The notes under the pieces were generated by a model. That model made no database searches and was not told the origin of the DNA. It worked only from the letters and a program-made list of their open reading frames with translations. Below are positions 1 through 9,202 of a stretch of DNA of 64,000 bases, one piece after another. Position 1 is the first letter of the stretch; every line of letters starts with the position of its first letter. The stretch comes from Thermodesulfobacteriota bacterium (GTDB lineage Bacteria > Desulfobacterota > Desulfarculia > JACQYL01), in contig CAXXLZ010000002.1 in the NCBI GenBank assembly GCA_963675595.2, positions 2,752,001 to 2,816,000 on the forward strand, read 5' to 3'. The position numbers were made by a program, and so were the translations under genes.

Positions 1-397
1 ACAAGTTGGACACCTCGATCCGTTTCTTGAGGCCCACCACCTGCCACACAAAGGCGTTCCAGGATTCGCTGGGGAACCGGGGTATATTCAGCAGGGAACT
101 CACGGCGAGATTGATCAGCCCCCTGTACTTATAATACAGAATCCGGTCCGGGGTAACCAGGGAGTGAAGCACCCTTTTCACAAAAAACACCGACCCCTGT
201 TTGAGGTCTTCGCTAAAGGGCCTTTCGACGATCTCGGAAAGTTTCCGGAAAATCTCCTCGTCGACGGCCTCCTCATCTTCCCGGACTTCAATCGATTCCC
301 GAACCGGACGATCATTCGGACGAAGAGTTGTTTCGGGAAGGGACCCGGCGGTCGCGGACGAAGCGCCGCCAAGAATTTCTACTGCATGTTCAGTCAC
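1..397 (-). CDS. 5' part of a CDS running off the window start; hypothetical protein (weak resemblance to KamA-family N-terminus)
   Basis: Manually read open frame from GTG 397 to window edge: VTEHAVEILGG...FPSESWNAFVWQVVGLKKRIEVSNL; divergent from the ABC gene. Confidence 0.55.
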   Translation of the reverse strand, partial: MTEHAVEILGGASSATAGSLPETTLRPNDRPVRESIEVREDEEAVDEEIFRKLSEIVERPFSEDLKQGSVFFVKRVLHSLVTPDRILYYKYRGLINLAVSSLLNIPRFPSESWNAFVWQVVGLKKRIEVSNL

Positions 398-505
398 TTG
401 TATTTCCAATATTCGATTTGAAGCGGGACGGATCCGTCCTTTCGGTACGTCCGAACCGCTGTAATGATTGACTGGCAAAATTCACGATGCTTTACTTGAA
501 AGCTT

Positions 506-1213
506 ATGGATTCACCGCTTATTTTTATTGAGAATGTAACTAAAATATATCGGAACGGTCAAGTGGAACAGGCGGCGCTCCGGGATGTGACTCTTTGCCT
601 TTCCAAAGGGGATTTCGTGAGTGTCATGGGGCCGAGCGGATGCGGTAAATCCACCTTGTTGAACCTGGTCGGCGGCCTGGACAAACCCACGCGAGGCCGG
701 ATCCTGTTCGACGGCCGGAACATGGCCTCCATGAGCGACGACGAGCTCACGATGCTCCGTAGGGATCGCATCGGATTGGTGTTCCAATTCTTCAACCTGC
801 TTCCACATCTGACCGCTCTCGAGAATACGGCCCTGCCCTTGTACATGTTGGGCGTCTCCACACGAGAGGCGAACCGCAGAGCACGGGAAATCCTCGATTA
901 CGTGGGATTGAGCAGATGGGAATCACACGTCCCCAGCCGACTGTCCGGCGGACAACAACAGCGGGTGGCCATCGCCCGCGGCTTGGTAAGAGAACCGGAA
1001 GTGCTGCTCGCCGACGAACCGACCGGCAATCTCGATTCCCATAACACCTCGGAAGTCATGTCTTTGTTCGAGCGTCTGAGTTCCGATATTCGACTGACCA
1101 TCATCCTGGTCACCCATCAGGCGGACGTGGCCGCCGGTGCCGACAAGATCATACATATGAACGACGGCTCCATTCCGGAATCTTCAACCCCATGCCCATC
1201 AAACGACGCATAA
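506..1213 (+). CDS. ABC transporter ATP-binding protein (LolD/MacB type)
   Basis: Walker A GPSGCGKS, signature LSGGQQQRV, LLADEPTGNLD, VTH switch. Confidence 0.95.
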   Translation: MDSPLIFIENVTKIYRNGQVEQAALRDVTLCLSKGDFVSVMGPSGCGKSTLLNLVGGLDKPTRGRILFDGRNMASMSDDELTMLRRDRIGLVFQFFNLLPHLTALENTALPLYMLGVSTREANRRAREILDYVGLSRWESHVPSRLSGGQQQRVAIARGLVREPEVLLADEPTGNLDSHNTSEVMSLFERLSSDIRLTIILVTHQADVAAGADKIIHMNDGSIPESSTPCPSNDA

Positions 1214-3774
1214 CGGCTTTCCTTCACATGCTCCGATACGTGGTGTTGGGCGATTTATCGGCCAACCGGGTCAAGTATGTGCTGACGATCTTGGGGATCG
1301 CTCTGGGCATCGCCATCTTCGTCGCCGTGGAAACCGCCAACCTGACCATCAACGAGAGCCTGGGACGCATGAAGGGTTACCGGGCGAGCTCCGCCGACCT
1401 GTTCATTTCCGCGAGAGACTTTGGATTCGACGAGAAACTGCTTACCATAGTGGATCGGCATCCCGAGGTGAAATCCGCCTTGCCGCTGGTCGTCGTCCCG
1501 GCTTCCATAGAAACGGCATCAGGAGAAATTCCCATTCAAGTGTACGGGACCGACCTCATCGCCGGGTTGAGCCGGTATGAGACAAGACGGATGCTCAAAC
1601 GCTTCCAGGGAAGCTTCATAGATATCGTAACGGACCCTGAAAGCATCATTCTCAGCGCCTCTTTTGCTGAAGAGTACGGGATTTCGACGGGACAACGCGT
1701 GATCATTCGGTCTTCCGACCGGACGCAGTCCTTCGTGGTCAAAGCCTTGGCCGAAGTCGACCGTCGACAGGCCTCCGGAGAAAACTATGCCTTGCTGGAC
1801 ATCGCGTTGGTTCAATGGAAGTTTGAGCGTCTGGGCCTCCTGGACCGTATCGATATTACCCTGAAACCCGGAGCGGATCCCTACCGAGTGGAGGCCCAAC
1901 TGAGGGCATCCATGCCCCCCTATGTGGACGTCTTCTCGAAGGAAGCCGGAGGGGCCGAGATGACCGGACTGGTGTCGTCCTTCCAGATGAACGTCACCAT
2001 TTTAAGTCTCATTTCTTTGCTCGTAGGCATGTTTCTCGTCTATAACACGGTATTCATATCCTACATTCGAAAACGCAGGCAGATCGGGATCCTTCGGGCT
2101 TTAGGGGTAACCCGGGGGGGAATCTTCTGGATATTCTCCGCCGAGAGTCTGTTCTATGGAACCTTGGGCGGTTTCGTGGGAATCTGGCTGGGTTATCTTC
2201 TCTCCTATTTCACGGTGGACTCCATGTCCACCACGGTGAACATGCTCTACGCCAAAATCGAACCGGCCCGAATCCATTTCTCCACGTCCGTCATGTCTTT
2301 CGGAATGTTCATGGGGATCGCGGCGTCCTTCGTCTCCTCCCTGATTCCGGCCATGGAGGCGGCGCGAGTGAGTCAGGCCGAAAGCCTGGCCCGCGGATCC
2401 TTCGAGGTGCGCTTCTCTTTCGTCCACCGCAAACTTCTGTATCCCGGTATCGGTCTCCTCGCCCTGGCTTATCTCCTCTCCCTCAGAGGGCCGGTGGTGG
2501 GTATTCCCGTGTTCGGCTACCTGGCCACCATGTGCGTCATGTTCGGCATGGCCTTGTTGACCGCGCCCGTGGCCGCCAAAGCCAACCAGCTGATCCGGGG
2601 CTTGGTGAGGGGCTGGTTCGGGGCCGAAGGCTTCCTGGCTCATAGGAACCTGGGACGCAATCTCGGACGCTCCTCGGTGATCCTTTGCGCGATCATGGTC
2701 AGCTTGGGGATGTCCGTGAGCTTCATGTTTATGATCCACAGCTTCCGATCGTCCCTGGAAAACCTGATCAACCAGGTAATCAAGTTCGATTTCGTGGTGG
2801 CGGACCGGCACAGTCTGGAGCGCGGGCTCCTCGCCCACCTGCCCAAGAGAATCACTCATGAAATCGAGGGCATTCCCGATGTGGGCGTGGTGGAGGGCTA
2901 CTCCATGATCGATCAGCCCTTTCGCAAGACCGGCATCGTCCTCATGAGCGTGGGATTGGACACCTATCAACGATACGATCAGATCCGATTCCTGTCGGGC
3001 GACAAGGCGCAAATCTATGATAAAGCCCGTTCCGGCGAAATTCTCATTTCGGAGGCCCTTTCCACCAAACACGATCTGGAAGTCGGAGACTCCATGGAAC
3101 TGCGCACTCCGGCTGGAACGGTAAGATTCCCCGTGGCGGGCATCTTCTATAACTACCAGTTCGAGCGGGGAATGGCCTACCTGGACAGATCGGTTTACGA
3201 AAGATACTATCCGCCCGATCGTCTTACAGGCGTGCACGTTTACGTGAAGGACCATGGAAATCCGGACCAGGTGTTCTCGGCCCTGGAAGATCGCATCGCC
3301 GGTCCCTTCGGCGCCGTGATCGTACCTCGGGACGAGTTGAAGCGTTACATCATGGAAGCTTTCGACCAAACCTTCGCCATCACCTACGCTCTGCAGCTCA
3401 TCGCCATTGTCGTGGCGGTACTGGCCGTTGTGAACACCTTCTCCGCGGCCATCATGGAAAGACGGCGAGAAATCGGCATCTTAAGGTGCATCGGTCTCTT
3501 TCGCTCACAGGTGCGCAAAATGATCCTGGTGGAAGCGGGCATCGTCGGCGGGGTCGGTTGCCTTCTCGGAGTCATCACCGGCACCCTTCTGGCGTTGATT
3601 CTGATCTTCGTCATCAACAAGCAATCTTTCGGCTGGAGCATTCATTTCCATGTGCCCCTGGTTTCCATCCTCTTGGGAACCTTGGCGGTGTTCATCACAA
3701 CGCTCCTGGCAGGAGTCATACCCGCCGCGCGAGCCGCGTCGACCGATCTGGGCGAGGCGTTTCGCCATGAATAG
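1192..3774 (+). CDS. ABC transporter permease with duplicated MacB-PCD/FtsX halves (AttF/G-like)
   Basis: Two FtsX motifs (RRQIGILRALG, RREIGILRCIG), many TM helices, overlaps ATPase gene. Confidence 0.9.
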   Translation: MPIKRRITAFLHMLRYVVLGDLSANRVKYVLTILGIALGIAIFVAVETANLTINESLGRMKGYRASSADLFISARDFGFDEKLLTIVDRHPEVKSALPLVVVPASIETASGEIPIQVYGTDLIAGLSRYETRRMLKRFQGSFIDIVTDPESIILSASFAEEYGISTGQRVIIRSSDRTQSFVVKALAEVDRRQASGENYALLDIALVQWKFERLGLLDRIDITLKPGADPYRVEAQLRASMPPYVDVFSKEAGGAEMTGLVSSFQMNVTILSLISLLVGMFLVYNTVFISYIRKRRQIGILRALGVTRGGIFWIFSAESLFYGTLGGFVGIWLGYLLSYFTVDSMSTTVNMLYAKIEPARIHFSTSVMSFGMFMGIAASFVSSLIPAMEAARVSQAESLARGSFEVRFSFVHRKLLYPGIGLLALAYLLSLRGPVVGIPVFGYLATMCVMFGMALLTAPVAAKANQLIRGLVRGWFGAEGFLAHRNLGRNLGRSSVILCAIMVSLGMSVSFMFMIHSFRSSLENLINQVIKFDFVVADRHSLERGLLAHLPKRITHEIEGIPDVGVVEGYSMIDQPFRKTGIVLMSVGLDTYQRYDQIRFLSGDKAQIYDKARSGEILISEALSTKHDLEVGDSMELRTPAGTVRFPVAGIFYNYQFERGMAYLDRSVYERYYPPDRLTGVHVYVKDHGNPDQVFSALEDRIAGPFGAVIVPRDELKRYIMEAFDQTFAITYALQLIAIVVAVLAVVNTFSAAIMERRREIGILRCIGLFRSQVRKMILVEAGIVGGVGCLLGVITGTLLALILIFVINKQSFGWSIHFHVPLVSILLGTLAVFITTLLAGVIPAARAASTDLGEAFRHE

Positions 3775-4954
3775 AAGGCGCCGCACGGAACCGGTGTTCT
3801 TCCCTTCGGCCGGGCGCCGGCTGATCTGCGCAAGTCTGTGGCTTGTGCTGCTCCTCTTCATAAGCGCGTCGGCTGCTGCTTCCGACAAAGGCCAAACATC
3901 GAAAAACCATGGTTCAGGACGCTTCATCCCCGTGGTTCCCGGAAAGGTTTGGCATTTTCCGGAAGACCATTACGCGCACCTCAATCATCGCATCGAGTGG
4001 TGGTACTTCACGGGAAACCTTCGCTCCGGGAATCGCCTTTTCGGGTACGAACTCACATTTTTTCGTTATGGTTTCGACAACCCCTTGATCCTGGAAAACC
4101 CCTCCGTCTGGGCGCTCAGAGACCTTTACTTCGCGCACTTCGCAGTTTCCGATATGACCTCCAAGCATTTTCTATATAGCGAAAAGGTGGAACGGGGTGT
4201 CTTGGACAAAGCGGGAGCCGATGCTCAAGAAAAGCGGGTATGGGCTGGAGATTGGTTTTTGGATCTGGGAGACCCTTGGGAGCTTCACGCCCAAGATGAA
4301 GCAAAGTCCGTTTCATTAAAGCTCCGTCCCGTTAAATCTCCCGTGTTCCACGGCAGGCAAGGGTACGCCCCCAAAGGGGAACGCCCGAATCAGGCATTTT
4401 ATTATTACTCGCTGACACGCCTCGCCACAGAGGGAACTTTGCGCATCGACGGCGAGACCTTTCCCGTCCAAGGGCTGAGCTGGATGGATCATGAGTTCGG
4501 TTCCCATCCCCTGGACACCGAAGATCGGGAAGGTTGGGATTGGTTCGGACTGCAGCTGGACGACGGGTCGGAGCTCATGCTTTATTGTCTTCGGCCTTCC
4601 GAGTCTTCCGGGACCGGATTCGGCCTTGGAACCCTCGTTTACCCGGATGGAACCAGCACTCACCTCACGATGAACGAATTTCGTATAGAGCCCTTGAGTT
4701 TCTGGAAGAGCCCCCAGAGCGGAGGGAGATATCCTGTGAAGTGGAAGTTGCGAATTCCCTCAAAATCATTATACTTGGAAGTCACGGCTGCGTTTAACTC
4801 CCAGGAACTCATCACCAACCGCAGCACCGGGGTCACCTACTGGGAGGGCGCAGTGGAAATTACGGGCAGACGCGGGGATGTTCCTCTGAATGGGAGGGGC
4901 TACGTGGAGATGACGGGATACGCCGCGCCTTTCAAGATGCAGGGAGCGCGGTAG
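3767..4954 (+). CDS. Exported CrtC/AttH-like lipocalin-domain protein
   Basis: FPEDHYAH, IEWWYFTGNL, SWMDHEF, WDWFGLQLDDG, YWEGAV, GYVEMTGY motifs; hydrophobic N-terminal segment; overlaps permease stop. Confidence 0.85.
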   Translation: MNRRRRTEPVFFPSAGRRLICASLWLVLLLFISASAAASDKGQTSKNHGSGRFIPVVPGKVWHFPEDHYAHLNHRIEWWYFTGNLRSGNRLFGYELTFFRYGFDNPLILENPSVWALRDLYFAHFAVSDMTSKHFLYSEKVERGVLDKAGADAQEKRVWAGDWFLDLGDPWELHAQDEAKSVSLKLRPVKSPVFHGRQGYAPKGERPNQAFYYYSLTRLATEGTLRIDGETFPVQGLSWMDHEFGSHPLDTEDREGWDWFGLQLDDGSELMLYCLRPSESSGTGFGLGTLVYPDGTSTHLTMNEFRIEPLSFWKSPQSGGRYPVKWKLRIPSKSLYLEVTAAFNSQELITNRSTGVTYWEGAVEITGRRGDVPLNGRGYVEMTGYAAPFKMQGAR

Positions 4955-5051
4955 GCCCTTCCGGCCGAACATCCTCAGAACGTCCAAACAACCCTAATTT
5001 CACCCGATCCGGCAGCGATAAATCACTTCTTCATATTGAAAGGAAGCAACC

Positions 5052-6302
5052 TTGAGAAGGACTTGTGCCATTCTGTTGCTGGTACTGACTCTCACATGCG
5101 GAGCCGCCTGGGCCGTTCCCGACGGAATCTGGAAAGACTCGGAGATTTCTCCCACCTACAACTTTTATGTTCAAACCTATGACGAAGCCTCCATGGTCGT
5201 CATCGTATCCAGGGGCGCAGACGAATTTTGGGTCTTCATGGATACGAACTTCTCCGACGGTTTCAGCGCGAATGAGGACATCTCCGGGGCGAACCATCGT
5301 TTGACGATCGTGTTCTCCGACGACGATTCCGCTGTTGCCAAGCTCACCTTCGACGGCGCCGCCGCGGAAACCTACGCCATTACGCGCACCGGCACCGCAC
5401 CCTACCCGACCACCGAAGTAGAGGGGACGCCCCCTTCAGGAAGCGTAACACCGCCGGGATCGCCCGTGAAAGGGGTCATTACCTTGGAGGGCGCCGCGGA
5501 GGACGACGTGGGAATCGACCATGTGGGCATCAAATGCGGAGACGCTCAGGAAGTCGAAGCCTCGTTCAACAAATACGCCGGAACGTTCAGTTACGTATGG
5601 GATACCACCTTCGAAGCCAACGGCGGCCTCACGCTGAAAATCAACGCTTACGACGTCGAAGGGCTGAGTTCGACCATCGCCTGCCTGACGGTGGAGGTGG
5701 ACAACACTTCCAAGCAGGTAAGTCTTCTGCTTCCCGCCGACGGCGACGTGGTTTATCCGCCCTTCAACCTCGACTGGCTCACCATCAGCGACGCCGTCCG
5801 GTATGTGGTTCAGGTGGCGGAAGACGAAGCCTTTGCCAACCTGATCGTCAATCGTGAATGGAGCATTCCTCCGTATACGTTCGCCGACTCCTCCCTTTTC
5901 GAGGGGACCGGCCCTTATTACTGGAGGGTGCGCGCCGTGTTGGATTCCGACGAAATCACTCCCTGGTCCGAAGCGAGGAAATTCTGCGCATCCGGTTCGT
6001 GTGGGTCCGGCGGAGGCGACGAGTTAGCCCAAGTTACGCTGATCACGCCGGACGACGGCGCCTCGGTGAGCGTTCCCGTGAAGATGATCTGGTCACAGGT
6101 TGAAAACGCTTCCGCCTACGAAATCAAAGTCTGTCTCGACGCCCAATGCGGCTTCGTCACTTTGGATCAGGACGACTGGCTCCATCCTTCCATGACCTTT
6201 TATGCAACCTCCGGAGTCGAGTATTACTGGAAAGCGAGGGCGAAGTACGCCGACGGACAGGCGGGCCCGTGGTCCGAGGTCCGGACATATACCACCCAGT
6301 AA
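5052..6302 (+). CDS. Secreted protein: DGxWKD N-terminal domain + Ig-like domain + two FN3-like modules
   Basis: SD (aaggaag) + TTG; signal peptide ending AWA; AEDDVGI...YVWDTT Ig-like module; two LLxPxDG...YYWRV/KA...PWSE repeats. Confidence 0.85.
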   Translation: MRRTCAILLLVLTLTCGAAWAVPDGIWKDSEISPTYNFYVQTYDEASMVVIVSRGADEFWVFMDTNFSDGFSANEDISGANHRLTIVFSDDDSAVAKLTFDGAAAETYAITRTGTAPYPTTEVEGTPPSGSVTPPGSPVKGVITLEGAAEDDVGIDHVGIKCGDAQEVEASFNKYAGTFSYVWDTTFEANGGLTLKINAYDVEGLSSTIACLTVEVDNTSKQVSLLLPADGDVVYPPFNLDWLTISDAVRYVVQVAEDEAFANLIVNREWSIPPYTFADSSLFEGTGPYYWRVRAVLDSDEITPWSEARKFCASGSCGSGGGDELAQVTLITPDDGASVSVPVKMIWSQVENASAYEIKVCLDAQCGFVTLDQDDWLHPSMTFYATSGVEYYWKARAKYADGQAGPWSEVRTYTTQ

Positions 6303-6359
6303 CGGAGGGCGGGGTCCGTGACGATTCGGACAGCCCACACGGAAAAGAGGGAGGACGCC

Positions 6360-7625
6360 ATGAAGAAAGCCGGGATATTTGTTCTGTGTTCCCTTTTTCT
6401 CTTCCTCGGTACGGCGTGGGCCACGCCGGACGGTGTTTGGAAAGACAACCCATCGAACCCCACCTACAATTTTTATGTTCAAACCTACCAGGGCGACTCC
6501 ATGATCGTGATCGTGGCCGCCGGGGTAGCGGATTTCTGGGTGTTTCTCGATTCGAATTACAAAGACGGGTTCACCGCTTCTCAAGACTTGAACGGCGACC
6601 CTCACCAAATCGTGATCAACTTCGCCAGTGATGATGCGGCGGTGGCGACCATCACGTTCCAGGGCTCTTCCGCGGCAAGTTACGCCATATCGAGGACGGT
6701 GCAGGCGCCCGCTTCCAGCTCTGGGGGAAGCGGCACGGGCAATCCGCCCTCCGGAGTTTTGACCGCCCCGTCCGGCGGAGCGAACTTGAGCGGCACCTAC
6801 CTCATCCAGGGCACGGCCACCGACGATGTGGGCGTTCAGAAGGTGGGGATCAAGATCGGAAGCGCCGCCGAGGTCAACGCAGCGTACAATTCGGCCACCA
6901 ACCAGTTCACCTACAGTTGGGACACCACCTCGGTGGCCGACGGCACGACCACGATCCAGGTGACGGTTTACGACACCGAAGGCCTGAACACCGTCATCGC
7001 CGCCATCACCGTTACGGTGAGCAACGGCGGGGGAAGTGGCGGAACCACCGTAAACCTGGTGTATCCGCCCGACGGAAGCACGGGGCTGGTCGCGCCCTTC
7101 GACCTGGAGTGGGACCCCGTGTCCGGAGCGTCCTCCTACCGAATTCAGATTTCCAACGATGCTTTGTTTACCAGCCTGGTGGACGATCGTTTCTGGGCCT
7201 CCACATTTTTCACCGTAACCGGGCTCACGGGCGGGCCTTTCTACTGGCGCGTGTCGGCAATCATCGGCGGCGTCCAGCAATCCTGGTCCAGTGAATGGGA
7301 CTTTTCGGGCACCGGAGGAGGAGGCGGGCCCGTTGTACCACCTCCCTCGGGAACGACCGTCACCCTCCTGACTCCGGCGAACGGAGCCAATGTGTTCTCA
7401 CCGGTGAGCATGACGTGGACGGCCGTCAGCGGCGCCATCGGGTATCATTTACAGATTTGTTATGATTCTTCCTGTTCCATCACCACCTATGACGATACCG
7501 CTTGGCCATACAGCGGCGCTGCGCTGCCGGCATCCCCGGGCACACGCTGGTGGCGAGTGCGCGCCAACCTGGGCGGCGGTGTTTACGGAGCCTGGACTTC
7601 CATCTGGTCTTTTGTGGTCAATTAA
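6360..7625 (+). CDS. Secreted protein, tandem paralog of 5052..6302
   Basis: SD ggagg + ATG; signal peptide ending AWA; same domain order; Gly/Ser-rich linkers. Confidence 0.88.
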   Translation: MKKAGIFVLCSLFLFLGTAWATPDGVWKDNPSNPTYNFYVQTYQGDSMIVIVAAGVADFWVFLDSNYKDGFTASQDLNGDPHQIVINFASDDAAVATITFQGSSAASYAISRTVQAPASSSGGSGTGNPPSGVLTAPSGGANLSGTYLIQGTATDDVGVQKVGIKIGSAAEVNAAYNSATNQFTYSWDTTSVADGTTTIQVTVYDTEGLNTVIAAITVTVSNGGGSGGTTVNLVYPPDGSTGLVAPFDLEWDPVSGASSYRIQISNDALFTSLVDDRFWASTFFTVTGLTGGPFYWRVSAIIGGVQQSWSSEWDFSGTGGGGGPVVPPPSGTTVTLLTPANGANVFSPVSMTWTAVSGAIGYHLQICYDSSCSITTYDDTAWPYSGAALPASPGTRWWRVRANLGGGVYGAWTSIWSFVVN

Positions 7626-7633
7626 GACAACGA

Positions 7634-7659
7634 AGGCGCGGCCGAAACCGGCCGCGCCT
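7634..7659. terminator. Hairpin between convergent genes
   Basis: aggcgcggccg-aaac-cggccgcgcct, perfect 11-bp stem, no clear U tract. Confidence 0.6.
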
Positions 7660-7692
7660 CCCAGTCCTCCGCATCTTTAATCCATCAACTCC

Positions 7693-9195
7693 CTATTTCA
7701 ATCCCATCCCCTCGAGAATTTTTTCCACGTCGCAATGCGCCTCAAAATGTTCGGCCAACTTGTCGTATTGATGAAATCTGCTGAGACGTCCTTTTCCGGG
7801 CCTTTGCTCTTTGAGTCCCTTCTTCTTTCTCAGCTCGTTGAAAATGCGAGCCCGAATCCCCGGTTTGTCGAAAAGCCCGTGCACATAACATCCGAATACC
7901 CGACCGTCGGGTGAGATGAAGCCGTCGTTCCACGTTTCCGACCCTCCGGGTTCCCGGATGGTCAATAAAGGCAAAGCGCCCTCCCCTTCGGAACGCGTGC
8001 GGCCCATATGGATTTCGTATCCGGCCACCTCTTCACCAGAGGGAAGATGGTTTCCGAGGACCCGCCGTACGATCTTGGTTCCCTCCAGAGTCGTGGTCAA
8101 AGGAAGCAAGCCCAAGCCCGGCACTCGCTTGCGGGGGGATTCCACACCCAGAGGGTCGAGGATGGTGGTTCCCAGGAGCTGATAGCCTCCGCAAAGGCCG
8201 ACGATGGGTCCGGGATAGCCCCGAATCTCCCGGCCGAAACCCTCGTTTTCCATCCACACGGCATCTTCCACCACGTTCTTGGTTCCCGGAAGCACCACCA
8301 GATCAAAGGGGGCCAGGTCACGACACCGATGAAGGTAGTGCAGGACCACGTCGGGTTCCTGCTCCAGGCATTCGAGGTCGGTAAAATTGGAGATTCCCGG
8401 AAGGCGGACCACGGCCACGTTGATCTTGTTTTCTTCGATGGGCTGAGTTCGCCTCTTGTCCATTTGAACCGCCACCGAATCTTCCGAATCCACATGGATG
8501 TCCGTGTAGTAGGGCACCAGTCCGAGAACGGGTTTTCGCGTTCGACGTTCGATGAAGTCGATGCCCGAGTCGAAAAGCCGCGGATCACCCCGAAATTTAT
8601 TAATGAGAAATCCCAGCGTCGCTGCTTTCTCTCCGGGAGACATGAGGACGGCGCTTCCCACGACTTGTGCAAAAACGCCGCCGCGGTCGATATCCGCCAC
8701 CAGCACCACGGGTGCTTCGACTTTGCGGGCCATGGCATAGTTCACCAAGTCGTTCTTCTTCAGGTTCATCTCGCAGCAACTTCCCGCCCCCTCCATGACG
8801 ATGACGTCGTGCTGGGCCGCGAGTACCTCGTAGGATTCCAGGACTTTTTGCCGGAGCTTCTTCTTGTAGGTATGATAATCGGCGGCCTCCATCTGCCCGA
8901 ACACCTTCCCCTGCAGGATGATCTGAGCACCCAACCCGGAAGAGGGTTTCAGTAGAATGGGATTCATGTGGATGGAAGGCAACACGCCGGCGGCCTCGGC
9001 CTGAACGATCTGGGCGCGGCCGATTTCGCCGCCTTCCACGGTTACGAATGAGTTGTTGGACATGTTTTGCGCCTTAAAAGGCGCCACACTGAATCCTCGG
9101 TTCTTGAGTATTCGACAGAATGCGGCGGTGACCACCGATTTGCCCACGTCGGAACCGGTTCCAAGGAACATGATGTTTCGAGTCTGTCGATTCAC
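7693..9195 (-). CDS. cobQ: Cobyric acid synthase
   Basis: GTGSDVGKS, PFKAQNMSNNS, EGAGS, DIDRGG, ISNFTD, glutaminase GLCGGYQ and YVHG. Confidence 0.95.
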   Translation of the reverse strand: MNRQTRNIMFLGTGSDVGKSVVTAAFCRILKNRGFSVAPFKAQNMSNNSFVTVEGGEIGRAQIVQAEAAGVLPSIHMNPILLKPSSGLGAQIILQGKVFGQMEAADYHTYKKKLRQKVLESYEVLAAQHDVIVMEGAGSCCEMNLKKNDLVNYAMARKVEAPVVLVADIDRGGVFAQVVGSAVLMSPGEKAATLGFLINKFRGDPRLFDSGIDFIERRTRKPVLGLVPYYTDIHVDSEDSVAVQMDKRRTQPIEENKINVAVVRLPGISNFTDLECLEQEPDVVLHYLHRCRDLAPFDLVVLPGTKNVVEDAVWMENEGFGREIRGYPGPIVGLCGGYQLLGTTILDPLGVESPRKRVPGLGLLPLTTTLEGTKIVRRVLGNHLPSGEEVAGYEIHMGRTRSEGEGALPLLTIREPGGSETWNDGFISPDGRVFGCYVHGLFDKPGIRARIFNELRKKKGLKEQRPGKGRLSRFHQYDKLAEHFEAHCDVEKILEGMGLK

Positions 9196-9202
9196 GTCAT
9201 CC

